A stretch of DNA of 64,000 nucleotides from Thermodesulfobacteriota bacterium (GCA_964291405.2 OZ219926.1:1312001-1376000); one strand, 5' to 3'; shown: positions 1 through 10,185, counted from the first letter of the stretch. Program-made: numbers and translations. The notes: a model not told the origin generated them from the sequence alone.

Positions 1-1
1 C

Positions 2-883
2 TTCACCGAAGACGGCTATAACCCGTCCACCCTGCCGACCGCCGCGGCCATTGCCGCGCGAACGAGCCGCATTCGGATTGGGACCTATATTCTGCTGATG
101 CCGTTTCAGCATCCGGTCCGAGTGGCGGAAGACGCGACGTGCATCGATATCTGGTCCAACGGCCGCTTTGATCTGGGTGCCGGTCAGGGCTATGCCGCGG
201 GCGAGTTTCACGCTTTGCATATCCCCCGCAAAGAACGCTCGGCGCGCCTGGCGGAAGGGGTCGAATTGGTCCGCCGCTTATGGACCGAAGAAAACGTGAC
301 GTTTGCGGGCCGTTTCACGCAGGTTAGCGGCCTGACGCTCTCTCCGAGGCCAGTCCAGCAACCGCATATTCCGCTGTGGATTGGCGCGCGGGCCGACAAG
401 GCAATTCGGCGCGTGGCTCAAATGGGCTGTCATCTCATGGCAACGATAGGGCCGGACCCCGCCCCCCTCTATATCCAGACCCTAAGAGAAAACGGCCATG
501 ATCCGGCCGAGTTCAACATCGGACAAATCCGGATGGTCTACGTCGCTGAGAATGAAGAGCAGGCCTGGGAAGACGTCCAGGAGCATCTGCACTATTCCAT
601 GCAGTACTACGGCGTTATCCTAGCCGAGGCCAACGACGCGCCGGGCGACGCAGACGGCTGGCAGTTTACCCACGCCAGCCAACTCCGTGACTCAGGCTTT
701 GGCCGGGCCGCCATGATCGGTACTCCAGACCAGGTCGCCCGCAAGATGGAGAAGTTCTACCAGCGTTTTCACTGCACCCATTTTGTGATGGGGACGCAAC
801 TCCCAGGGCTCGACTCGCAAAAGGTCACACGCTCGTTAGAGCTGTTTGCCCAGGAAGTCCTGCCGTCGTTTCGAGAGAGGTAG
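2..883 (+). CDS. LLM-class flavin-dependent oxidoreductase (5'-truncated by window edge)
   Basis: Frame is open from base 2 (FTEDGYNPSTLPTAAAIAARTSRIRIGT..), with HPVRVAEDA..D.WSNGRFDLGAGQGY, P.PVQQPH.PLWIG and IGTPDQV luciferase-like motifs. Confidence 0.9.
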   Translation, partial: FTEDGYNPSTLPTAAAIAARTSRIRIGTYILLMPFQHPVRVAEDATCIDIWSNGRFDLGAGQGYAAGEFHALHIPRKERSARLAEGVELVRRLWTEENVTFAGRFTQVSGLTLSPRPVQQPHIPLWIGARADKAIRRVAQMGCHLMATIGPDPAPLYIQTLRENGHDPAEFNIGQIRMVYVAENEEQAWEDVQEHLHYSMQYYGVILAEANDAPGDADGWQFTHASQLRDSGFGRAAMIGTPDQVARKMEKFYQRFHCTHFVMGTQLPGLDSQKVTRSLELFAQEVLPSFRER

Positions 884-943
884 CACATACGCCCGTTCCA
901 ATCCTCTCGCTTTTCAGTACAATAAAATGTAAGAATCTTCGCT

Positions 944-1207
944 ATGCTTCAAAGACTTCCTCAATTACTCAAAGAATTAACGCCTCAAGAACAGGCGCAG
1001 GTCGAAACCTTTGCGGCCTTCATTCTCGCTCGCCGAAAACTCCAGCAGCCTCAACTCCTCACGAACGATCCTTCAGTCCAAGAACTCACCGAGCTTGTTG
1101 CTTCAGCAGGAAGCTTTGGGTGGCTCGAAGAGGAAGAGGATATTTATTCTCCTGATGATGGTGAGGCAGTGCAGTGGCCCAGTCCCCCGTCAAACGAGGA
1201 AGCGTAG
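944..1207 (+). CDS. putative antitoxin (small acidic protein) of the PemK/MazF-like module
   Basis: 87 aa, acidic C-terminus (WLEEEEDIY), overlaps the start of the downstream PemK-like gene. Confidence 0.6.
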   Translation: MLQRLPQLLKELTPQEQAQVETFAAFILARRKLQQPQLLTNDPSVQELTELVASAGSFGWLEEEEDIYSPDDGEAVQWPSPPSNEEA

Positions 1208-1536
1208 TTCTGATACGCTATCCGTTTACGAACCTGACCGGAGCAAAGGTTCGACCCGCACTCGTTCTGACACCTGATTCTCTGCTTCCTCGTCTTGATG
1301 ATGTCCTCTGCCTCTTTATCTCATCCTCAATCCCTGAAGGCCTTCTCCCAACCGACCTTATCCTGAACGCGGAGCATCCTTCTTTTCCCAAAACAGGGCT
1401 GAAACGTCGCTCTGTGTTGAGAGCACACAAATTAGCCTTGCTTCAAAAGTCCCTTGTGCTGCGCCAACTAGGAGAAATTGAGCAGCCGCTACTTGAGGAA
1501 GTCAATCAGCGGTTACGGTTGGCTCTGGGGTTATAG
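1174..1536 (+). CDS. PemK/MazF family toxin (endoribonuclease)
   Basis: RGSVVLIRYPFTNLTGAKVRPALVL ... LFISS ... GLKRRS...K..L...LG, the typical PemK pattern. Confidence 0.88.
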   Translation: MAQSPVKRGSVVLIRYPFTNLTGAKVRPALVLTPDSLLPRLDDVLCLFISSSIPEGLLPTDLILNAEHPSFPKTGLKRRSVLRAHKLALLQKSLVLRQLGEIEQPLLEEVNQRLRLALGL

Positions 1537-1611
1537 TTCTATCGCGGACTGAGGCAACTCACGAAGTCCGCAGCATCACAGCAACCACCCACCCTCAGAT
1601 TGCAACGTACT

Positions 1612-2178
1612 TTATTGCTGCCAGGCCAACTCCTGCTCGATATACGCTAGGGCTTGCTGAGGCGCGGAGACCGCAGTGTAGAGACCACGAAATTTCTGGT
1701 TGATGAGCGCCTCGGCAAAGCCACGCTCGAATTGCTGCAATAAGCCGTCGAAATAGCCGTTGGTGTTCACCAGAACGATCGGCTTGGCGTGAAAGCCGAG
1801 CTGTTTCAAGGAGATGACCTCAAGGACCTCCTCAAATGTCCCGAACCCGCCCGGAAGGGCGATAAAGGCGTCTCCACGTTCATCCAGTCCTTGCTTCCGG
1901 CTACGCATATCATCGGCGGTATGCATTTCATGCCCGGCCTGTGCGTAGCCGTCTTCGAGAAAGCGCGTCAGGATAACACCGACTACCTTGCCGCCGGCGG
2001 CAAGCGTGGCGCGAGACAAGGCTCCCATCAAGCCGGTATTGCCACCGCCGTAGATTAAGGTGTAGTCGCGCTGCGCCAGCAGTTGGCCCAGTTCGGCCGC
2101 CACATCCAGATACACCTGCGGGCAGCGTTTGCTTGAAGCGCAGTAGACGGTGATGGCGCGTGGAGGGGAAGAGGGCAT
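1612..2178 (-). CDS. LOG family Rossmann-fold protein (cytokinin riboside monophosphate phosphoribohydrolase-like)
   Basis: VYCASS, YGGG..GLMG, ALPGGFGTFEE motifs. Confidence 0.93.
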   Translation of the reverse strand: MPSSPPRAITVYCASSKRCPQVYLDVAAELGQLLAQRDYTLIYGGGNTGLMGALSRATLAAGGKVVGVILTRFLEDGYAQAGHEMHTADDMRSRKQGLDERGDAFIALPGGFGTFEEVLEVISLKQLGFHAKPIVLVNTNGYFDGLLQQFERGFAEALINQKFRGLYTAVSAPQQALAYIEQELAWQQ

Positions 2179-2210
2179 AGCTGTGTAATGAACTTGTTAT
2201 GTAGTACACT

Positions 2211-2254
2211 CGGGGAGGAGGTCTGATCCCCCAGGGAGTCAGTACTCCTCCCCG
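2211..2254. terminator. long intergenic hairpin (possible terminator or mRNA-stabilising stem)
   Basis: cggggaggag (2211-2220) pairs with ctcctccccg (2245-2254); inner ctga/tcag and tccc/ggga arms. Confidence 0.45.
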
Positions 2255-2262
2255 CTTCTCCC

Positions 2263-2559
2263 TTACGAGAGATTGTTCACCACACCGTCCATACCACTCC
2301 ACTCAACAATAGGCGTGAGGCGGCGTTTGGTAATCAGGCCCTGGGCAACGAGGGTCGAAAAGGTGGTGAAGGTCTTGGCATGATCTTGGATATCCAGAAC
2401 CAGCACCATCTTTGCCTCTTCGTTCGAGGCCCAGGGTCCGGCCTTCAGCGTGACCCCCTCAGGAAAGCCGGTTTCCCCGCTTAAAACCCCCTTGAATATA
2501 TTATGGACCTCTTTAGTCCGGGACGGTTCCCAATAGATTTCGTCGAGATAGAGCGGCAT
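2263..2559 (-). CDS. small DUF3303-like hypothetical protein
   Basis: MPLYLDEIYW start after gaaggaggga RBS; FPEGVTLKAGPW ... LTPIVEW pattern. Confidence 0.6.
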   Translation of the reverse strand: MPLYLDEIYWEPSRTKEVHNIFKGVLSGETGFPEGVTLKAGPWASNEEAKMVLVLDIQDHAKTFTTFSTLVAQGLITKRRLTPIVEWSGMDGVVNNLS

Positions 2560-2722
2560 ACGATTTCCCTCCTTCTGGGATAGATTTGCTCGGGGCATAG
2601 CAAAAAAACCGCGCCCAGCCTAGCCCTTGACCACGCCAGGCAGCGCTCATGCCTTTGGCAATCCGGGTGCGGTGTGCTAGCGTCTGCGCACGGATTGTTG
2701 ACGACACGGGAAGGAGGCACCA

Positions 2723-3910
2723 ATGGCACTACCGCTGCAAGGGATTCGCGTTCTGGATATCGCCAGCATGTTGGCCGGTCCGTACGGCGCGACCATGTTG
2801 GGCGATATGGGTGCGGACGTGATTAAAATCGAGCCTCCCTATGGGGATGAGTCCCGTGCCATTGGTCCCAGGGTCGAGAATGACAGCGGCCTGTACGTCG
2901 GGATTAACCGCAACAAACGCGGCCTGGTGCTGGACCTGACCCAGCCGGAAGGTAAAGCCCTGTATTTCCGACTGGTCCGAACGGCCGACATTATTGTCGA
3001 CAACCTCCGCCCCCAAGCTAAAGCCAAGCTGGGGGTGACGTACGAAGAGACGCGCCAGTATAACGAGAAAATCATTTGCATCTCGGTCAGCGCCTTTGGC
3101 CAGGACGGACCGTATGGTGGACGACCGGGCATCGACCCCCTCGCTCAGGCGCTGACCGGCTTTATGAGCGTTACCGGAGAGCGGGACGGAAAACCCCTGA
3201 AGGCCGGGCCGGCTATCGCCGACGCCACCTGTGCCAATCTGGTTGCCTTTGCCGCCATGGTCGGCCTGTGGACGCGTGAGCAGCAGGGCGTCGGTCAGCA
3301 GATTGAGCTGTGCCTGATGGACGGACTGATCCACGTCCAGCCGTCCCAAGTCGGCCAATTCTTTCTCAGTCAGTACATCCAGCCGCGCGTCGGGAACGCC
3401 AGCCCGTTTTATGCGCCCTATGGAACCTTCAGGTGTAAAGACGGTCGGGATATTCAGATCGCCTCGTTTAATAACAAGTTCTTCCACAATATCTGCCGCG
3501 CGATAGAACGCGAGGACCTGATAGCGGACCCGCGTTTTGAGACCGGAGAACTCCGCTTGCAACACGAAGCAGCACTCAATGAGACGCTCCAGGCCGAGTT
3601 TGCCAAACGAGATGTAGACGACATGATGCGCCGCTTGAGCGAGGCGGACGTGATGGCCGCGCCGGTCAACACCTTTCACGAAACCTTTGCCGACCCGCAA
3701 GTCCAGCATAACAATATGGCGGTCGAGGTCGATCATGCACGGGTCGGGAAACTCAAGGTTGGCGGCATTCCGGCCAAGCTCAAGAAAACGCCGGGCGCCG
3801 TGCGCCTCGCCCCTCCTACTCTAGGTCAGCATACCTGGGAGATTTTGCAGGAGATAGGCTTGAGCGGCGATGAGGTGGAGCAACTGAAACACAAAGGTGT
3901 GATCAAGTAG
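2723..3910 (+). CDS. class III CoA-transferase (CaiB/BaiF family)
   Basis: PLQGIRVLD..SMLAGPY...LGDMGADVIKIEPP.GD, NRNKR, ADIIVDNLRP, PPTLGQHT. Confidence 0.95.
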   Translation: MALPLQGIRVLDIASMLAGPYGATMLGDMGADVIKIEPPYGDESRAIGPRVENDSGLYVGINRNKRGLVLDLTQPEGKALYFRLVRTADIIVDNLRPQAKAKLGVTYEETRQYNEKIICISVSAFGQDGPYGGRPGIDPLAQALTGFMSVTGERDGKPLKAGPAIADATCANLVAFAAMVGLWTREQQGVGQQIELCLMDGLIHVQPSQVGQFFLSQYIQPRVGNASPFYAPYGTFRCKDGRDIQIASFNNKFFHNICRAIEREDLIADPRFETGELRLQHEAALNETLQAEFAKRDVDDMMRRLSEADVMAAPVNTFHETFADPQVQHNNMAVEVDHARVGKLKVGGIPAKLKKTPGAVRLAPPTLGQHTWEILQEIGLSGDEVEQLKHKGVIK

Positions 3911-3928
3911 ATGCAGAAGGGAGGGGGC

Positions 3929-5548
3929 ATGCCCCGAGGAGCCGATGGCATAGTTCAAGCCCTGAAAGAGTCGGACGTCTCGACCATTTTTGGTATCCCC
4001 AGCATTCATAATATCGGCCTGTACGAATCCTTACGCCACGAGCCCTCGATTCGACATATTGGGTGTCGGCACGAGGCTGGCGCAACCCATATGGCGGACG
4101 GCTATGCTCGGGCAAGCGGGGGGCTGGGGGTTATTGTCTCGTCGACTGGCCCAGGCGCGGGCTTTACGGTTTCGGCCCTGCAAGAAGCCTGGGGCAGTTG
4201 CTCGCCGGTCCTGATGATTACGACCAATATCGACGCCGCCAAGATTGGCCAAGGCTTGGGTGTCCTGCACGAACTGGAAGGGCAGACTGCGCTCTTTCGG
4301 ACCATTACCAAAGAGGTGATTGTTGCCCAGGCGGACGACGACCTGTACGCGCTTGCCAGACGCGCCATCTCTGTGGCTCAAGCCGGCCGACCCGGTCCGG
4401 TGTGTTTGGAAGTCCCCACCGACCTGATGGCCGGAGACGTGCCTGCGGCGGCCCCAACACCGCAGGGCAGTACCCCAACCTCCCCGCCGCTGCCCCCCCG
4501 GCTCGACGAGGCCGTCGCCATTTTGCGCAACGCAAAACAGCCTCTCATTCTGGCTGGGACGGACGCGTCCCGGGCAAATATTGCTGGAGACATCCAAGCC
4601 CTGGCCGAAGCCTTATGCGCACCCGTTGTCACCAACACGCCGGGTAAAGGTGTGGTCCCGGAAGACCATGCCCTGGCCTTTGGCAATGCGGCGCGCCGAC
4701 TGGTTGTCAAAGAGATTGTGCCCGGCTGTGATGCGGCAGTGGTGATTGGTTCTCGGCTACGTGAGGTCGATGCCAAACGCCGAGGTCTGGTCCTGCCCGA
4801 ACAGTTGATCCATGTCGATTGGGACGAGCGCTGGATCAGCAAGAATTATCCAGCCGCGGTGCCACTGGTCGGAGATATTACAGCCATTACCCGAGCGCTG
4901 CGAGATCAACTTGAAGGAGAACCCTACACTGGGCCGCGCCAGGAGCGGACCGCAGCGTGGCGACGGGAGGCGGAGGCGGAGATCGAGCGTCTCAGCCAGG
5001 AGCGGGCGGAACTTCAGTCACTCCAGGCAATCCGGGCCGTGCTGCCACGGGACAGTGCCCTTGTGATTGATAACACCCAACTTGGCTATTGGGCCGAATA
5101 TTTTTATCCGTCCTACCAGGCCAACGGGATCATCGGGGCCAAAGGTTCCGGTCTGCTCGGCTTCAGCTTTCCGGCCGCCATTGGCGTCAAGCTGGCGCGA
5201 CCGGATACCCCGGTTGTCGGCCTGATCGGCGACGGGGGCTTTCTCTACACGGCTCAGGAACTAGCCACGTGCGTGCGCCACGATGTTGGCTTTCCGCTTG
5301 TTGTCGTCAACGATAACGCCTTTGGGGTGATCGACTATTTGCAGCGGACCGCATACCAGGAGGCATATCAGGCTCAACTGACAAATCCAGACTTCCTGGC
5401 CTTCGCCGCCGCATTTGGCGTCCCCGCAACGCGTGTTCAGTCCCCGGCAGAGCTCCAATCGGTCCTGGACCGGACGCTCGCCTCTGGGGAGATGTATCTC
5501 ATTGAGTATCAAATGACCATTCAGGAACCCCCGTTTGGGAAATATTAG
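3929..5548 (+). CDS. thiamine-diphosphate-dependent enzyme (acetolactate synthase-like family)
   Basis: FGIPS, RHEAGATHMADGYARASG, GPG, RPGPV..EVP.D and the GDGGF...VVVND ThDP motif; ATG 3929 follows gggagggggc. Confidence 0.92.
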   Translation: MPRGADGIVQALKESDVSTIFGIPSIHNIGLYESLRHEPSIRHIGCRHEAGATHMADGYARASGGLGVIVSSTGPGAGFTVSALQEAWGSCSPVLMITTNIDAAKIGQGLGVLHELEGQTALFRTITKEVIVAQADDDLYALARRAISVAQAGRPGPVCLEVPTDLMAGDVPAAAPTPQGSTPTSPPLPPRLDEAVAILRNAKQPLILAGTDASRANIAGDIQALAEALCAPVVTNTPGKGVVPEDHALAFGNAARRLVVKEIVPGCDAAVVIGSRLREVDAKRRGLVLPEQLIHVDWDERWISKNYPAAVPLVGDITAITRALRDQLEGEPYTGPRQERTAAWRREAEAEIERLSQERAELQSLQAIRAVLPRDSALVIDNTQLGYWAEYFYPSYQANGIIGAKGSGLLGFSFPAAIGVKLARPDTPVVGLIGDGGFLYTAQELATCVRHDVGFPLVVVNDNAFGVIDYLQRTAYQEAYQAQLTNPDFLAFAAAFGVPATRVQSPAELQSVLDRTLASGEMYLIEYQMTIQEPPFGKY

Positions 5549-5562
5549 CGCAGGGAGGCAGC

Positions 5563-7179
5563 ATGACACAGCGTCGAACCACTATTTGGGGCTGGGGCTT
5601 TGAAGACGAACAGCCCACCCCGGAACAGAAAAAAAATATTGCCAAAGGCATTGTCGAGAGCGTCGGAGCCAGCGACTTTACCCTTGACCCGGAGCCACGC
5701 GTCGAAGACATTCAGCTCCGCAAGCCGCGCCTCTCACCGCCCGCGTCTCTCGCCGGCATTTGCTCAATCGAGACTTACGACCGAGCGGCCCACTCCTACG
5801 GCAAAGCCCTGCCCGATATTGTGCGGGCCTTCCATCTGGACTTTCCGAACCCGCCTGATGTGGTGGCCTTTCCCAAGACCGAGGACGATGTGGTGTCCGT
5901 CTTAGACTGGTGCAACGAAGTGGGGGCTGCCGCTATTCCGTTTGGCGGAGGATCGAGCGTAACCAGCGGCGTCGAGCCTCCGACGGGGGATGTCTACCCT
6001 GGGAGCGTTTCCATTGATCTGCGCTACCTCGATAAAGTACTGGAAATTGATGAAGCCTCGCGCGCGGCCCGCATTCAGGCCGGCGTGTACGGCCCTGCCC
6101 TGGAGGCCCAGTTAAAACCGCACGGCTATACCCTGCGGCATTATCCGCAGTCGTTCGAGTTCTCGACTCTGGGCGGCTGGATCGCCACCCGCTCGGGTGG
6201 GCATTTTGCCACGCTGTACACCCATATTGACGATCTGGTCGAATCCACCCGAGTCGTCACCCCGAGCGGTACTGTCGCCTCGCGCCGCCTGCCGGGGTCG
6301 GGCGCCGGCCCAAGCCCGGATCGCATGTTTATCGGCTCGGAGGGGATTCTGGGTATTATCACCGAAGCCTGGATGCGCTTGCAGCACCGCCCCGTGTATC
6401 GGGCGTCAACCGCGGTGCACTTTGAAAAATTCGAGAATGGGGTTGAGGCAATTCGGTTGCTCAGTCAGTCGGGCCTGTATCCCACCAACTGTCGCATTCT
6501 CGATCCGACCGAGGTCAAACGGAACAATGTCGGCAATGGGACGGGCGGCAGCCTGCTCATGCTCGGCTTTGAATCCGCGGACCATCCGCTCGAACCCTGG
6601 ATCAACCGCGCGCTTGAGTGCTGCACCGACCTGGGCGGCACGACGCCCAACGGGGTGGTGATTAAAGGCGGTGGAGAGACTACTGGTCGCGGTGGCTCGG
6701 TTGGCGACTGGCGCAACGCCTTTATCCGCATGCCCTACGCCTTTTCGACCATGGCTGCCATGGGTGCGATATTCGACACTACCGAGAGCTCTATTCCGTG
6801 GAATCAGTTTCACGCATTCCACGCCGGCGTGATGCGGGATGTCCAAAAAGCGTTGGATGAGGTGTGCGGTGGCGGCGTGCTGTCGTGCCGCTTTACCCAC
6901 GTCTATCCCGACGGTCCCGCGCCGTATTTCACCTTTACCGGACTCGGCAAAAAGGGCAGCGAGTTGGAGCAGTGGCACGAGATCAAAACCGCGGCTTCCG
7001 AGGCGGTGGTGCGCTACGGTGGCACGGTGACACATCACCACTCCGTCGGTCGGACCCATCGGCCGCAGTACGAGAAGCAACGCCCGGAGCTGTTCGCCAG
7101 CGCCCTTCAGGCTGCGAAAGCCGCCCTTGACCCGCAGGGCTTGTTAAACCCGGGGGTGTTAATCGATCCGATTCACTGA
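5563..7179 (+). CDS. FAD-binding oxidoreductase, VAO family (alkyl-DHAP synthase / glycolate oxidase-like)
   Basis: PDVVAFP, PFGGGSSV, HYPQSFEFSTLGGWIATRSGGH, GSEGILGII, THVYPDG, THHHSVG, DPQGLLNPG. Confidence 0.92.
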   Translation: MTQRRTTIWGWGFEDEQPTPEQKKNIAKGIVESVGASDFTLDPEPRVEDIQLRKPRLSPPASLAGICSIETYDRAAHSYGKALPDIVRAFHLDFPNPPDVVAFPKTEDDVVSVLDWCNEVGAAAIPFGGGSSVTSGVEPPTGDVYPGSVSIDLRYLDKVLEIDEASRAARIQAGVYGPALEAQLKPHGYTLRHYPQSFEFSTLGGWIATRSGGHFATLYTHIDDLVESTRVVTPSGTVASRRLPGSGAGPSPDRMFIGSEGILGIITEAWMRLQHRPVYRASTAVHFEKFENGVEAIRLLSQSGLYPTNCRILDPTEVKRNNVGNGTGGSLLMLGFESADHPLEPWINRALECCTDLGGTTPNGVVIKGGGETTGRGGSVGDWRNAFIRMPYAFSTMAAMGAIFDTTESSIPWNQFHAFHAGVMRDVQKALDEVCGGGVLSCRFTHVYPDGPAPYFTFTGLGKKGSELEQWHEIKTAASEAVVRYGGTVTHHHSVGRTHRPQYEKQRPELFASALQAAKAALDPQGLLNPGVLIDPIH

Positions 7180-7219
7180 TGCCAACGGAGCAGCGCACGA
7201 GGAGGAGAAGTAGATAACC

Positions 7220-8605
7220 ATGACGATGGAGATGAAGAACATCCGTGAAGCCATCATGGATGGCCAGACCAAAACCGCAGACTTTGAGGGGCTTCCGCTC
7301 CCGGAATCAATGCTGGCGATCACTACCCATAAGGACGACGTGAACATGTTCCAGGGGCTGGAGTCCTGGGAAAAGGACCCCAGGAAGAGCCTGCACCTTG
7401 ACCGGGTATCGATCCCGGAGGTTGGCCCGAATGAGGCCCTGGTCGCGATCATGGCGTCCAGCATTAATTTCAATACGGTCTGGAGCGCCATCTTTGAGCC
7501 CCTGCCGACTTTTTTATTTTTGGAACGGAACGCCAAGAAAAGCCCGTGGGACAGCCGGCATAATCTGCCGTATCACATCCTGGGCAGCGACGCGTCCGGC
7601 GTGGTTTTGAAAGTTGGGCCTGGGGTGAACCTGTTCAAGCCGGGCGACGAAGTCACCGTTCACTGCAACTATGTGGATATGCAGGCCCCGGACGGCCACG
7701 ACGATTCCATGCTCGACCCGGACCAGCGTATCTGGGGCTTTGAAACCAATTTTGGCGCTCTGGCTGAAATTGCGGTTGTCCGGGCCAACCAGCTCATGCC
7801 CAAGCCGCCGCATCTCACCTGGGAAGAGTCGGCCTCTATGCCGCTGGTCAACTCCACCTCATATCGCATGCTGGTCAGCGAGAACGGCACCCATATCAAA
7901 CAGGGCGATATCGTCCTGATCTGGGGTGCGGTTGGCGGGCTGGGCGGCTTTGCGTTGCAGTATGTGTTGAACGCGGGCGCATTCCCCATCTGTGTGGTGT
8001 CCTCGCAAGACAAGGTCAAGTTATGCGAAACCATTGGTGCGCGCTGGGTGATTGATCGGAATGCCGAGGGCTACCGGTTCTGGAATGAAGACGGGTCGCA
8101 AAACCTGGGCGAACTGCGTCGCTTCGGCAAACAGATTCGTGACATGACGGGCGGCGAGGACCCGGATGTGGTGTATGAACATCCGGGCCATGAGACCTTT
8201 GCGGCCAGCGTCTTTATCGCACGGCCCGGGGGGCAGGTCGTCACCTGCGCTTCCACCAGCGGCTATAATCACGAATACGACAACCGCTATTTATGGATGC
8301 ACAAGAAGCGCATCATTGGCTCGCACTTTGCGAACTACAGAGAAGCCTGGGAGGCGAATCGCCTGGTCTGCAAACGCGCTATCCATCCCCTCCTGTCGGA
8401 GACCTATCCCCTGGCCGAGACCGGTGAGGCGGCATATCGGGTACACCATAATGCGCAGATTGGAAAAATCGGCGTGCTCTGCCTCGCCCCGGAAGAAGGG
8501 TTGGGCGTCACGGACGAGGAAGGCCGCGCGCGGCATATCGGGCAGATCAATTTGTACCGGAACGCCGTCAAGGGTGACTTCCGCCTGGTGAAGACCGAAC
8601 CGTAA
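7220..8605 (+). CDS. ccrA: crotonyl-CoA carboxylase/reductase
   Basis: KDPRKSLH, MASSINFNTVW, LPYHILGSDASGVV, QRIWGFETNFG, DNRYLWM, IGSHFANYREA; the Ccr CO2-binding Asn/Phe-Glu/His positions are present. Confidence 0.93.
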   Translation: MTMEMKNIREAIMDGQTKTADFEGLPLPESMLAITTHKDDVNMFQGLESWEKDPRKSLHLDRVSIPEVGPNEALVAIMASSINFNTVWSAIFEPLPTFLFLERNAKKSPWDSRHNLPYHILGSDASGVVLKVGPGVNLFKPGDEVTVHCNYVDMQAPDGHDDSMLDPDQRIWGFETNFGALAEIAVVRANQLMPKPPHLTWEESASMPLVNSTSYRMLVSENGTHIKQGDIVLIWGAVGGLGGFALQYVLNAGAFPICVVSSQDKVKLCETIGARWVIDRNAEGYRFWNEDGSQNLGELRRFGKQIRDMTGGEDPDVVYEHPGHETFAASVFIARPGGQVVTCASTSGYNHEYDNRYLWMHKKRIIGSHFANYREAWEANRLVCKRAIHPLLSETYPLAETGEAAYRVHHNAQIGKIGVLCLAPEEGLGVTDEEGRARHIGQINLYRNAVKGDFRLVKTEP

Positions 8606-8623
8606 TGGGGGAAAGTCCGGTTC

Positions 8624-9115
8624 ATGCCTCGCATCACTATTCGTTCCGCCACTGCGGACGACGTGCCGCTCATCCTTGAGTTTATCAAGGCATTGGCGCG
8701 ATTTGAGAACGAGCCGGACGCGGTCAAGACCACGCCCGAAGACCTGCTGCGCGACGGCTTTGGCGAACGGCCTCAGTTCGAGGTGCTGATTGCCGAACGC
8801 CATGAAAAGCCGGTGGGCTTTGCCCTGTTCTTTGTGACCTACTCCACCTGGGAGGGACGGCCGAGCCTGTATCTCGAGGACCTGTTTGTCACCGAGTCGG
8901 CGCGCAAACATGGAGTCGGGCGGGCGCTCATGGCAAAACTGGCCGCTATTTGTGTCGAACGCGGTTATCAGCGCCTGGAGCTCCAGGTTTTGGACTGGAA
9001 CCCCGCTCGTAAGTTCTACCATCGTTTGGATATGAGCCATATGAACGAATGGCTGCCCTACCGGCTCAGCGGTCAAGCACTGCACGTACTGGCGGCGGAG
9101 ATAAAGCCCTCATAG
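8624..9115 (+). CDS. GNAT N-acetyltransferase (diamine/spermidine acetyltransferase-like)
   Basis: FIKALARFE, VGFALFF.TYSTWEG, LYLEDLFV...RKHGVG, VLDWN.A..FY. Confidence 0.9.
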   Translation: MPRITIRSATADDVPLILEFIKALARFENEPDAVKTTPEDLLRDGFGERPQFEVLIAERHEKPVGFALFFVTYSTWEGRPSLYLEDLFVTESARKHGVGRALMAKLAAICVERGYQRLELQVLDWNPARKFYHRLDMSHMNEWLPYRLSGQALHVLAAEIKPS

Positions 9116-9138
9116 GGCCCCCTCGTCCGAATACGCAT

Positions 9139-9166
9139 GTAACCCAAATGTCTGGCTCAGGTGTCT
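9139..9166 (+). promoter_or_regulatory. candidate ECF sigma promoter GTAACCC-N15-GTGTCT (copy 1)
   Basis: Identical boxes and spacing recur at 10689-10716; lies directly upstream of the ECF sigma gene. Confidence 0.7.
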
Positions 9167-9180
9167 TATACAGATAGAGG

Positions 9181-9768
9181 ATGACTGCGTCCATGCTCGT
9201 CGGAGTTGGAATAGCTGAGATGGAAGCACTGCCGGCTGAACGTGAGGAGTGTTTCAGCGCGTTTGTCGCTCTTCAGCGCGACCGGGCGAGGCGGCTGGCC
9301 TGGCGCTTGGTCGGTGGCGACGAAGCCGCGGCCGAAGATGTCACCCAGGAGGCTTTTGTCAGGGCCTATCAGGCTCTTGACCGCTTTCGGGGCGAGGCGA
9401 GTCTCGAAACGTGGTTCTACCGCATCCTCGTTCGTCAGGCGCAGAATTATCGCCGCTGGCGGGCCGTGCGAACCCTCTGGCAGCCAGAAAGCGAAGCAGA
9501 GCCCGCCGACCCAACGCCTGTAGCGCAAGGCGACCCCGGGCTGCGGCGGCGGATCGCTCAGGCCCTGGACCACCTCTCACGTCGGCAGCGCGAAGCCTTC
9601 GTGCTGGTCCATCTTGAGGGATTTACGGTGCAGGAGTGTGCCGATTTTCTGGGGAAACCGAGCGGGACCATTAAGAGTCATCTCCACCGCGCTCTGGTCA
9701 AACTGCGCGCGGAACTGGCCGACCTGAACGAAGGTACGGACCATACATCAAAGACAGGAGGTGCATAG
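9181..9768 (+). CDS. ECF RNA polymerase sigma factor
   Basis: Region 2 AEDVTQEAFVRAY..L.RFRGEASLETWFYRI; region 4 LSRRQREAFVL...EG..VQECA..LG.P.GTIKSHLHRA. Confidence 0.95.
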   Translation: MTASMLVGVGIAEMEALPAEREECFSAFVALQRDRARRLAWRLVGGDEAAAEDVTQEAFVRAYQALDRFRGEASLETWFYRILVRQAQNYRRWRAVRTLWQPESEAEPADPTPVAQGDPGLRRRIAQALDHLSRRQREAFVLVHLEGFTVQECADFLGKPSGTIKSHLHRALVKLRAELADLNEGTDHTSKTGGA

Positions 9769-9770
9769 TC

Positions 9771-10178
9771 ATGCCCTCTTCAAATGAGCGTGAATACCTC
9801 AGGCCCGACGATCGGCGGTTTATTCGGCGTATGGCCGAGCACTATGCGCCCCAGCCACTCTCGGCGGCACGGCGGGCGACGTTTGACCAAACGCTTGAGG
9901 AACGGCTGACAGACTCTGCTCGACCCCCTTTCCTGCGGCCCGCCAGTATTCTTATCCCCATTTGTGCAGCCTTGTTGCTGTGGTTTGCGCTCCCTTCGCA
10001 GCAGGCTTCCAGTCCGAACTTCAAAGTGCTCACTCCACCGTCAGCCCCAACACCGCTCGCGCAAGACACGACCTCTCACCCCACCCTCTTGGCGTATGCC
10101 TATTACCAATCAGAAGCGCAGGACGACTTTCTTCCCGTTGAATATATCGCCTTGGCTGATGCTTTTGAGCTGCTGTAA
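9771..10178 (+). CDS. putative membrane-anchored anti-sigma factor
   Basis: Starts right after the sigma stop; single hydrophobic helix ILIPICAALLLWFAL. Confidence 0.6.
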   Translation: MPSSNEREYLRPDDRRFIRRMAEHYAPQPLSAARRATFDQTLEERLTDSARPPFLRPASILIPICAALLLWFALPSQQASSPNFKVLTPPSAPTPLAQDTTSHPTLLAYAYYQSEAQDDFLPVEYIALADAFELL

Positions 10179-10185
10179 ACAGGCC

